A program made the position numbers and the translations under genes. Of a stretch of 64,000 bases of DNA, positions 28,742-41,400 are shown piece by piece. Below the pieces are notes generated by a model. That model was not told the DNA's origin, ran no database searches, and worked only from the letters and a program-made list of their open reading frames with translations. Location: the NCBI RefSeq assembly GCF_031769215.1, contig NW_026782088.1:1-64000 (forward strand), read 5' to 3'. The stretch is from Ylistrum balloti. Its lineage: Eukaryota. The first letter of the stretch is position 1, and the number at the start of each line of letters is the position of its first letter.

Positions 28742-29411
28742 TGCTTCACAATGTATCCATTTTTGTTGTTTCACATCACTCCAAATATTAGGAAACTTTT
28801 AACAAAATTCCTATGTCTCCTTTCTCCAGAGTACTGCGCATGAATACATAACACAAAGTTTGACATTTGGGGTCATAAGGTCATGAGTTATAAACAAATA
28901 TCCTCAAGATAAAATAGTGCGACGAAAAATGAATCCTTATTCCATACAAGATGACAAAAACAATAAAGAATGAATTACAAGATCACGATCAAAGTACCTA
29001 CCGATGTTTCCTACAGAATAAAACAAGATAATCATACGGAAAAACAAAAGTAAAATAGAATGAATTTTGTTCCAGTTTCAAAAAGATGACAAGACACTTT
29101 CGGATAATATTGACTCCTTGTAAAAGACTTTAAATTATTAATTATGCACTTATATTTTAGACAAATATTATACTAACCAAACAACGAACAGCATTTTATA
29201 TTGAAATTGACCGATAGGTTATTTTTAGGATGTGGTAAGCTAATGTTTACATTGTTGTTTCGATATACAGATTGGGAGTTGTTTCCCCTAGCGATCACCT
29301 GCTCAGAGGGCGCTTTGAACAGAAAGACATTGCTTACTAGGATTGATTTCGAATTTCACCTATCGTGATGTTTTATTTCAACGTTTATTCATAGGTGTTA
29401 CTCAAGAAGCA
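28742..29411. promoter_or_regulatory. Putative bidirectional promoter and 5' leaders between the divergent KDM3 and REEP start codons (670 bp)
   Basis: Divergent ATGs at 28741 (-) and 29412/29415 (+). CpG is visibly retained here compared with the flanking introns. NRF1-like TGCGCATG at 28835-28842. Transcription start sites cannot be placed from sequence. Confidence 0.7.
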
Positions 29412-29446
29412 ATGATGGTGTCCGCCATTTTATCAAGATTTGTCAT
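29412..29446 (+). CDS. REEP: REEP coding exon 1 ([12 protein letters not shown])
   Basis: Matches vertebrate MVSWIISRLVV; donor AT|GTGAGT, phase 2. Confidence 0.9.
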
Positions 29447-32400
29447 GTGAGTATATGAAGTGTATAAACGACCCCATCGGTCGCGGCAGTTATCGAAGGC
29501 AGGGTACAAAAGTTGTGTAAGTTTCGGATGAAATAGGGACAACTTGTGAGAATGATAAATCATAAATATGAAAGTAAAAGCAACATTTTTGAATAATCAA
29601 TCATATGACTAATTAATTAGACTTTCAAGGCCTGCTATTATCCGTGGACAAATTACAGGTACATGTTTATGTTTTCTGAAATGATGAATATACCAAAGAA
29701 CATACACACGTCGTACAAATAACCCCCCCTCTCTCTCCTTTGTATGAACTAACTGGACCAAATTGTCCATACAAAACTATTTGATATTGATGATAGATAT
29801 TGATATATATATATATATATATACATATCATATACATGGATATCAGAAAGCAGATGCAGATAGCAGCTGAAGGAACCTTGACCTGCTTCCAACATCGTGT
29901 AACTAGGGAATTTCAGGAAAGATTTTCCAGCTATGGCACAAGTATGAAGCTAATATCATCCAGTCATATACCTGAGTGTCATTACAAAGATGGAACATCA
30001 CTTTATAGAGATGGGAATCAGTTTCACTTTACTTCCTTCATCTCTTATAGAAAACACAAAATCAATACATTTTTTTATTATTTGTTTTCTAAATTTAGTA
30101 CAACTTTGCACTTTTATAGAAAATGAACACAGGGAGTAGTATCATCAGGTATACCATCTGCCATTTTGATTTGTCTGTATTTTTTTATACCTTGGAAACT
30201 ACTTGTCACATTGGTTATGTACACACATTACGTAAACAGCCAGTGAAACAGTGTTTTAAAGGTGAACAGTTCATCACTAGGTTGGCTATTTTTGTTGGCA
30301 TTGCCCAATGAAAACGATCTTAAGAACATATTTTATTGAAGTTACAGAGATACACACTATATATATCAACTGCACTATGATGCCCTAGTATGGAGCTTGT
30401 ATTGGACAGTAATGGATGAAAAAATTTTGGTAAACCTTCAGACAGTTCAAACAAAAATAAATATAGTCAAACTTCAGTGTTCGAAGTTCAAGGGACTACC
30501 AAAAAAACTTTGATACTTCGAGACTTCAAATCATTCATGGTGGGTTATATAGACTTTTTCATGTTCATGGCTATAGTTAATGAAACAATATTTCTACCTT
30601 AAAAAACACAACAAATACCAAAACACAAGTTTAAAGCCCCAATATACGTAACATGCACCAAAAATTTAGTGTAAAATCACACATAATTATTGAGATATTT
30701 CTCTAAGATGTAGTTAGAATTAAGTTATTCAAACAATAGTTACCATGACTTTGTGCATAAAGTATTAATATATGAGCAGTTGAAACTCGATATTTGTAAA
30801 CACACACACATTTTAAACACGCCGCCATCGAAATTACGATTGTTGCCGAACCACGTCGGAAAGTTCATGACCTGATCTCCGGAGAGTTGAGGTTTCTACT
30901 TATAGAGGAAGCATATGCAGATATGTCTACGGTAAGATTTTGTTTACAAACTTTGTTTGCGAAGTCTTGTTGTAGACTTGAGGTATTCCTGTGATAAACA
31001 TTCAGTTCTTAGGAAATTATTAGAAGGAATAATTAGTTTAGAAACGATACGGTGCACAATTATAACGTAAAAATTCAGAACTGGCCTGATGTATGATTGG
31101 AAAAAAAGGAAGCGACTGGTGGACGTCTGCACTGTGCATGCGCAATGTATGAATTATTGTGGGTCCCACATTGTTTATTTTCCGATTTTTTCAATTTTTA
31201 TTGAAATTGAAAACAGTTTTATTTTCTTTAATTAAAGGAAAGTATTTGTTTTGTTACATATATTACGGGGAAAATAAGATAAAGTTTTTTTTTTATAGTG
31301 ATTTTTACGTATATTGGGGCTTTAAATGAAAAGATACATTTTTATCTTAAGACAGACATTTTCATTCATGGAAAAAAAACCATATGATTCAATAGAAATC
31401 AATTAGAAATTGATAATGCATGCTTACCTTTACATGCCTGCCTTCATGTCACACAGTATATATATTTTACACATCAATTTTAAATGAAATGACACGCAGC
31501 ATTAAAGTGGTCTTCAAGTGTTATAGTAATTATTTTAAGACTGCTACATAAGTGTTATAGGCACTAATGAGTTTTAAAGAAAGCAAATTAATAACATAAT
31601 GTATTCTGTCCAGAAACGACAGCACTAATAAGACACATCTTCAGTCATAGAAATTACAAGAGTGTTTGCCAATATTCTGACAACAGCTAGTCTGAATCAT
31701 TAAGAGAATGCATGATTGACGAATAAATCAATATATTTCTCATATTTTAATACTTAAAACAAAAAAGAGACACATTGTATCATAAAAATGATTTCCTTAA
31801 CCTCAAAACACAGAGCCAATGACAGCAAGCTCCCATTGTCAGACAACACTCTTTGTTGAAATGTGTGAAATTTTTGGCACAGGCGAAAATACCTGTACAG
31901 TACAGGTCAATGTTTTGTTTGAATGATGAAGTGTCATTGACTGTGTTGTCATATAGCTTTCGGTCTGTGAAAAAACATTGATACATAAAAAAGTTCTATT
32001 TATAAAACTTCATAAAGGAGTAAGTTGATAGTAATATATAGGAATAGAATTCAGAACTGGCAAAAAACTTCAATAAATTGAGATGTTTTGAATCATCAAA
32101 GTTTGATTATAGAAGTTTCACTGTTTGAATTATACAGAGTTATGCTTGTGAAAGTAAATTAGAGTTCAGACTATTATTGTCAACATTGTCCAAAACCAAG
32201 AATAATTATTTGAAAGAGTCATAGGCAAGGCAGGAAACTACAGGTCAGTAATGGCATTTTCATAAAAAAAAGTTGATTGTGAAATGATTATCTTTTGAAA
32301 CACTGTACTGTAATACATGCATTTTAACTGACTGTTAAGAAATCACAAGTTTTGTTCTTCATCATGTTGAAATTGGCTACGAAGAAATTATGTTAGATTA

Positions 32401-35400
32401 GCTTGAAAAAAGCACATGTCTGCTTGTGTATGGTGGAAGTTAGTGTTGAAATATCAGTATGCAGAGAGTGGCATTGCTTAAAATCTCTATGACAACAGTA
32501 CTTATTTATTTGACATAATACATAAGGATAGTTTTGACGTGATTGTCTTATGAGGTCGAATTTGGCATTATAAAATATTTGTTACATCTGAGGCAACCAT
32601 TTGAAAAATTAAAACAAGGTGAACACCCTGATGTAGTAGATTTCACATCATATAATATTGTTGCATCCTGACCAATAAAGGAGAAGATAGTTCTGCTTTG
32701 AATGATGGAGAAAATACAGCTGTTTATGTAGAGTTCCTGGAGGTAACAGGACACGAATGACTATTTGGGAATATATTTCCATCTCGAGTACGTTTAATTG
32801 TAAGTAAGGTATGGCCATGAATATTTGTAACTTCAATTTTAGGCCATCAAATAAGTTTATTGACAAAAATAAATAGCGGATTTAACAGAACCCCAATTTT
32901 GCAATAAACAAGTATTTTGGGTACTAATAGATGAAGATGAATTTTTCTATATTGCAATTCAATTAAATAATAACTATATAGCTTTTCAAAATCATGTTTA
33001 AAGAACTTTATCTCTTGACAATGATTTCATTCACCAATTGCAACTATGGTGTCCTGCATTACATCCAGTTCAGATTGCAAGTCAATGTTACATCTCGGGC
33101 ATATCATGTAAAAAAAAATAGATACACCTGGCATACACTAGAAAGCTTTAATGTTAAATGAAATGTTATGCAAAGTTTTTTTACATTGAAAATTGTCTAT
33201 GCACATTTCATCATCAAAATAGTAAATCTATTGCAGAATAGAAAGACGTAACAAAGACACCAAATTTTGTTTGGTGTTATATGTGTCCTTGGAACAACTA
33301 TCAATATAATATGCCAGGTTCTTCATATCTGCCATATATTAAATGGGGTATTTCTTGTATATTTTAGGTTTTCTTGTGTTACATGATGCTAAGAATAAAA
33401 CTTATCAGTCACATTTCAGGATGTAATGATGGATGCTAAACTGCATCAAACAATATACCAAACCTCTGTTAAAATTGGTCATATTACTGCACAATATTTC
33501 GTTGGTGGTCAATCTTCAACTGTCATTTTATGGTAAAATATATCAAATATTCAATGACTTTTTTTTTTTGTTTATTCCCAATAAGTTCTGTAATTTCAAA
33601 CAACATTTTCAATAGTTGGACTATATACCCCCCAGTATTCATCTAATGTCTGGTATGTAACATTGGACTTGTATCGTGGCCATTCCAGTATAAGGTCATC
33701 TTTTGCATCATAATAGTGCAGACGTACATTAAACAGCTAGAAACCAATCACCTCAAAAATGATGTTTTAAAACATGTAAACCAACGTAGTCGTAATAAGA
33801 GATAAATCACTTTTAGTCTCAATGGCCAGACGTAACATGACATGATTTACACAGGTGCTAAATGGTTTAATTTTTTAAAGCAGTTTCAGACGTTTTTTAC
33901 TACATTTTCTGTTTGAATGTTACATTTAAGACACGAAATGTTACATCCAGGTGCTAATTTTTCAATATGTTATAAATGTAAATTGAGGAATATTTCTGAT
34001 AAATACATTTCATAAATCTTTTCAATCTTTATCCATTAAACTGTTTCATGACATTAAAAGTCACATATGTCAACATTTCTGCTTGTGAAAACACCACCAC
34101 TCAAAGACTTAAAATAGAAATTGTAATGCAATTATTTTGTAATATTACAAAATGTTTTGGTAGTTATATCCTTGTTTGAGGAACTTCCAATTGATATATT
34201 GATGTTTCAGTCAGCAAACAAGATTTGCAGTTATATTCAAAAGGAGCAAATGTAACATCTATTTTATGATGCTGAATTCCTCCTCTTATCAAAATGTGAA
34301 GTGAAAATGTCATGTTCTACTTAGTGTCACATTTTCTTTTGAGAAATGGAACATGACATGACATGAGGTTTCCATTGTATTTGCAGTCTTGTCTTTACGC
34401 TTTTTAATACTGAACACAAATAACAATTTAACAGTTGCAACAGTTTTTTTTCTGAATCAATTGTAAAATATCAATGGATATGATAGTAAAACAAATGATA
34501 GAAATAAAGACATCTTCTTGTTTAGGTTAAATTACAAAATACATGAGTTTCATGACGCAAACAGTGAAATTTATGAACACTTCTGGACATTTTCGATGAA
34601 TTCACTTTTCAAAATTGTCATTAATTTTCAATCATTGGTCGACCAATATCTCTTTCTATACTGGTATCATTTGCCCCTTAACACAGTCATGGTACAACCC
34701 TTCTGCTGAAATCAAACCAAAGAATAATACATTTAATGTTGTACCTGTATTGGTGTTCAGATCAATTAACTTTGTCAAGTATTGTATTAGTTGATAAAGC
34801 CATTATTATGATTTATTGATCACAGAGTCAATTATCAATTTTCATGGGAATATTAATTGTGTATGTATGGGATTTTCAGGAAGGAAGAGGTATTATGTGT
34901 GATGATGAATATGAAAGTTGCAGGCATTATACCTTCCAGCAGTCTTCCTTTGAGTGATTAAAACCCATGTTGGGTTCTTGTATACTCGCCTGTTAGTGGT
35001 GCATGTCTTTTTCAATATTTGGTTGAATGTAATTGAGATACTTTTAACATTTCTGCCATATTCAGTCATGTTGTCATTGTGGCAGTCATTCCTCCCAATT
35101 ATACCATGTAGAGGCATGTGGATCAATCAGATCAATGGGATCAGTGACCTACACACTTGATGTCTTAGGGTGATGTCTTCAAGCAGGAGATCTTACTCCA
35201 GCCTGCATAATTCTAGATTTACTTGACTTATTGTAATCTGTAAAGAAGTTATGTATTTCACATGAAATGCACAGCATTGCTCGTATACTTTTAATGTTTA
35301 CAATTTTTTTTTCTACAGTTCTGATTTATAAAATATCACTATAAGGCATAAGCTATTCTAGTACAGTATGCGTTGGGAGAGACACCTAATCACTAAATGT

Positions 35401-38400
35401 TTAATCATTTTGTTTGCTTTCAATTTATCCAAGCCTATCTAGGCAATCATTACAAACAGTCCTAGAAAGCATATGTGGGTGGTCTAGATATGATGATCTA
35501 TAGGACCTCTGTGTCATCAGATTGGTCTATGGGCAATAGATATGAGTCAACAGAAGCCAAGTATGTGAAGTTTGATGAAAGTATCCAGTAAAACTTGGTG
35601 GTAAAATCAGATATGGCATTGTGGACATTTGATTTAATGACAAGCATGTTGGCAATGATGGTCAGTGATGGGTAATCATTTAGGTTCATCTGATGTGGTC
35701 AGTTGAAATTTTTCATAGTCACTCATTGGTACCTTAATATTGTCTCGGGATTTAGCAAAAACATGATTCAGATGATACATAATCAAGATTAATATTCATT
35801 CTTATGTTATTTCTAGATAAGTGGGGTGTTTTACATTAAATTCACAAAAATAAAATATTATGTAATCCATTAACTACACCGAAAGTCTATCTGATTTTTA
35901 ATTGATAATCGTTTATAGCCCGTTACTAGTCATTTTACACATTACTGGTCAGCCTGATCTACATATAATCCTTGTATTGACAACGTTGTGATATATAACC
36001 CTGATGTTAACCCCCAGATAATTAAACTATTTTACCAACATCTTTTCATTCTCTACATATTTAGATTTCATTCTCAATCTTAAATATATGAATCTACAAC
36101 TTCAGGGACGAAGGCAGCCATAGATAAGTTGTTTTTTCCACTGATTTTTTTGGCTCAGGACATTTGAGTCCTGGACTCATGATTTTCCTTTGGGATTTCC
36201 TCAAATTTTAGGACCTACTTTATCTCTTAGTAGTGGGACTCCTCATGGAAGTCTTGGAATTGGTGCTCTGGTCTCGCCTGAAACAATCCTTGAAAATTTT
36301 TTAATCTTCTACCAGAATTCAGCATTCATTTTCGACAGTGCAACAGCATCGTTGTAACATCAGACCAATACCTTTAAGGTATTTGAAAGTTAAAAGCAGG
36401 ATATAGGTGTAGAAAGATAAAAACAAAAACTTTTCTCAAATAAATGTTGGAACTTCTTTGAAGTGTACATATTGAAAATTAACATTCAGAATTCAAGTTA
36501 TTGAATCCTTTGAATTACAAGGATGGTTTATAAATAATACATCATATACAGAGGCTAGATAAAAAATCTTTCTGCTTAATTCCATGAGAAGTATTTTCTT
36601 CTTATGTATAAAATGTTCATTCTTGTTTTTATTTTTCCCTTTCTTCTGTATTTTTGATCATTGATAAATTTTAGATATTTAAACTGTGAGCTCTGTGTAA
36701 TGGTCCCTATTACAATTACAATACTGAGCTCATTCTTGGGGACATGTGTAATGGTCCCTGTCACTATTATAAAACTCATTCTTGGGGACATGTGTAATGG
36801 TCCCTGTTAGCTACAATCCTGAGCTCATTCTTGGGGACATGTGTAATGGTCCCTGTTAGTTACAATCCTGAGCTCATTCTTGGGGACATGTGTAATGGTC
36901 CCTGTTAGCTACAATCCTGAGCTCATTCTTGGGGACATGTGTAATGGTCCCTGTTAGCTACAATCCTGAGCTCATTCTTGGGGACATGTGTAATGGTCCC
37001 TGTTAGCTACAATCCTGAGCTCATTCTTGGGGACATGTGTAATGGTCCCTGTTAGCTACAATCCTGAGCTCATTCTTGGGGACATGTGTAATGGTCCCTG
37101 TTACAATTACAACCCTGAGCTCATTCTGAGGGATATATAATCAATGCTTGTTTCAATAACACATTGTTTTGTTTCTCTGTTCCGTTCTTTTTATATAATC
37201 TACAGAAACAAACAAAAACTCTCTCTTAAGTTTAGATGGACACACCTCAATGACCAATGTTAAGTGTAAAAATTACTGCATATGAGTATTCAAGCATGAA
37301 GACGCAGAACTTCCGGGTGCACCTTTTCCAGATTAACAGTGCATTTCAATATTTTCCCTCCAAAGGGGAATAACTCTTAGAAGTTGGCATTGAGAAAGTT
37401 AACAATTTTATGTACATATACTGGGTACTTCGATAAGATAGACAAAATCAAAGCACCTAATGTTATATTGTATTTTGAAACCTGAGTTCAAAATGTATGG
37501 AGAAATAAAGATGAAAAGCCACATGTCCAAATTGATAAACTTCATTTTTCATTGTACAATCAGTGCTAGAACATGTATAGTTTTCTGTTAGCAAACTCCG
37601 TGCACAGCTGAAACCCGAGTTAGGTAGACTGAGAACATACCTGACTGGTCTCACACAACTTACTTATCAGTTCCCATATTACCATCATGTAGAGAGATGG
37701 TAAAAATATTGTTTCCATGGCAATGTTTGATGTGGGCTGTGCTCATTTTCAGAGCTGCAATTGTAAATAATGGTATGATAGAATACATAGAGGTAGGTGG
37801 GTGAGTGAAAGTTGGTATCTCCCACACATTTCCAGTGTCTTTGTTTACTATAGACAACTGGTGTTCCCAGTTTCAATGGGGTAATCAACATAATGTTATG
37901 AGCCCCTGCCAAGTTGTTAGAAAGTGCAGCTGGAATAATTTGGCTGAGGTTTGATGCTTGGGATACAAGTTGAAGAGGTGGCTGGTTTCATCATTGGTAA
38001 TTCTGTAGAACATATGACCCAGGGGTTCTACCAAACTTCTACTACACATGCTGTGCTGATCTTGATTTTCGAAATGTGTGGATTTAAACTCTTGGCTCAG
38101 TATGACTTGGTTGTAGAAGAGATGGATTGAACAGTGTTTGGATTTGCTTAGACATCTTTAGAATGGCAACCACTGACTCAAACTTTGATCAAAGTTTCTT
38201 CTTACTTCTGACGTGATTTTACAAATACTGATCTGTCTGGCAGGATTTGTCACAACAAAGTTGCATTGTGAATTATGAACTGGAAATTGGAGATGATTGA
38301 AAGGACAAGATTATATATAGTTACTAAATAGCAGAATATAGGTCAAACAAACATGGACTTTGAAACTGTTTTACAGTAATAAGTAGGTCAAACAAACATG

Positions 38401-41400
38401 GACTGGTAAAGTTATAGTAGAAAGTAGGTCAAACAAACATGGACTGGTAAAGTAATGATAGAAATTAGGTCAAACAAACATGGATGTGAAACAGAATTTC
38501 TGTGGACTGAGAAGTATGGCAGTATTTCACAGCTGAGTCAATAGGACAATTGTGTAATAATCCAGAATGTTTTGCTCCAGTTACCTGAGGAATGTAACCG
38601 TTTAAGATGTGTACACAGTAATATGGACCATGAGCCACAGTCACATATCATCCTTAGTTTGCCTAGTATATATACATGTATTATATATGTACTGTTCTTT
38701 ACCGAAGTTCATGAATCTGTATATCATCATCACAGAGGTGTTGTAGAACTTGCAAAATCTTACTTCCACATTGTAAATAGGATTATTAATATGTTTCATT
38801 TTAAGGATATTTATACAGTGTGTAAACAGCAATGGATATATTTAATTACTTGAGTAATTATACAGTGCCATTAGAGGTAATTAACGTATCACGTCACAAG
38901 GTAGGATCAGACAGCACCTAAAAAGTCTGTTTTGTGATTTCGTGTTCAAAAATGTATGGATACATACAGGAGAAACCAGTGATACAAACCAATGGATTTA
39001 TCACTTTATAACAGGATGTCTGGGTTTGACTTATGAATGGTAAAGCCATCAAGTCATGTTTGGTCTGGGGAGATCTGTGGAAACATGTTGACGTCACTTT
39101 ACACATCAGCGGTGTCTGTGTTAAAACAAGCTATCTATGAAATCCTCAGTCAAACAAGTCCCTACCTTTATACTATTTGTAGATTGGTGTGTGGGACACT
39201 GTATCCAGCCTACGCCTCTTACAAGGCCATCCGCACAAAAAATGTTAAGGAATATGTGAGTATTTACCTCATCATTACTCAAAAGAGTGTTTCACAGTGA
39301 TAGATTGTAATACTGTTAGATAAAAAAATTGTCAAGACTTATTACTCAAAATAGTGTGCTACGGTAATAGATTGTAAGATGGTCAGATAAAAATTGTCGA
39401 GACATATTACACAAAATAGAGTGTCATAGTAATAGACCGTAATACTGTAAGTAAAAGAATTGTTAACTTATTCAAAATACCCGGTAATGTGTCACAGTAA
39501 TAGACTTTAATACAGTCAGATAAAGAAAATATTGCCAAGAAGTAAGTTCCTGATATAAACAAAGATTTTCAGAGCTGATGATGAACATACGAGATATTTA
39601 TGTCTGCTGACGAAATGGATCAGTTATTAGAAAAATAAGTACCATTTCCAAATTTCTTGTTTTTCAGGTAAAATGGATGATGTACTGGATTGTATTTGCC
39701 ATTTTCTTGTCAGTGGAGACATTTTCCGATGTGCTTCTATCATGGTATGTATTCAAAGATCTTGTATTTGACGCCTTGATTTTTTTTGTGTTTTCACTGA
39801 AATTTTAACAAACGGTCTTGGGCTGACTTAATTTTGGATTTATTTAAGTATCAATAGTGTCATCAGCATTATTTCACTTGAAGCATGCAATACCTCTCAT
39901 GTACCTGTTGATTTCTATCAAATTTGTCTGATTAACATATAAAGAAACCGGTTACCATCCGTTCTGGATCACCAATGTTTTCTTTCATGAATTTTAAGAC
40001 AATGGGGTCAGATAGGTCTTAGAAGAAGGGCTTATCACATGCATAGGTTTGATGTGTACTTTGTGTTATTCTGTTTTTTATCTAATTACATTTTTTTCAG
40101 GCTTCCATTTTATTACGAGATAAAGATGGTATTTGTGATTTGGATGTTGTCTCCTATTACCAAAGGGTCCAGTTATCTTTACAAGAAGTTTGTACATCCA
40201 CATTTGGTAAAGAGAGAAAAGGTAAGAATTTCCGTACACTCATTGAGGTTACATGTCTCACAGCTACACTCAGATTGGTAGATGACATTAATTTGGTTAC
40301 CAAAGTTATTTCTGTACACTCATGGAATTTAAATGTCTCACAGCTACACACAGTATGGTAGATGACATTATTAGGTTTCCAAAGTCATTTCAGTGGGGTT
40401 ATGTGTCCCAACTCATCACAGACATGACATGAAGCAAGCATTTCTGACAAACTTAAATTTTTGCCGGTCTTCCTCCTCCTGTTTTAAGACTTAAGAACAA
40501 CATGGTTTTGTTTTTCAGGAAATAGATGAATACATATCCCAGGCAACAAAGCAGGGCTACTCTACTTTAATGAACCTGGGTCAAAGAGGCCTTACCTATG
40601 CCACTAATGTGGTGGTGAAAACAGCTATAAAGGTAGGTATAGTGGAACTATACAGGTAATGTACAGGTAGATGGTCAAGTCAAGACCAAAACATTTATAC
40701 AGGTAGAATGGTCATGAAATGTCAAGACCAAAACATTTATACAGTCTGATGGTCATGAAATGTTAAGGCTAAAACATTTATACAGGTAGATGGTCATGAA
40801 TTTTGTGTTGTGTTGTATAAACAGTGTAGTACATATTACATGTTCATTTCTTTCAATCTCGGGGGTAAAAATGTAAACAATTTTCTTTTTTAAACTAACT
40901 ACCAAAGAACAGAAAAAAAGGAAAATATTGAAGCCAACTTGGATTATGAATTCTGGTTAATTACTTTAATATGGTGCACAAACCAGGTACTAAACTTAGA
41001 TGATGAACTACAGTAATGAAGCTTGAATTAGTAGGAAACAATTGACCTATTTTTGTGGTGATAACAATGATTTACCATTCCTTTTTTTCGTTTTTCTAAA
41101 GGGGCAGTCTACCCTTGTAGAACATGTACGTAAGAGTTATAGCACCAACGATCTAAGAGTTCCCGACGACTCTCAGAACGCTGCTGGAAATCTGATGGAT
41201 AGTGACGAGGAATTCGGTGAGTGAAGCCTTAAAGTTTGTATGGCTCTCACTCAAGCATTCATAATGACAGAGAAAATACATTTATACATAATAGAGGGCC
41301 ATTACAGAATGATATAAACATTGGCAGTGGGATATACAACATTTGTAGTAACAGTGTTTTCAGTTTTAGACAGTAGAATTGCTTTGAAGCATGTATATAT

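Noticed and set aside
28523-28774. Full 83-aa ORF as listed in the track
   Set aside because: It begins at a non-ATG codon upstream of the homologous Met and runs through the donor into intron; only 28586-28741 is supported.
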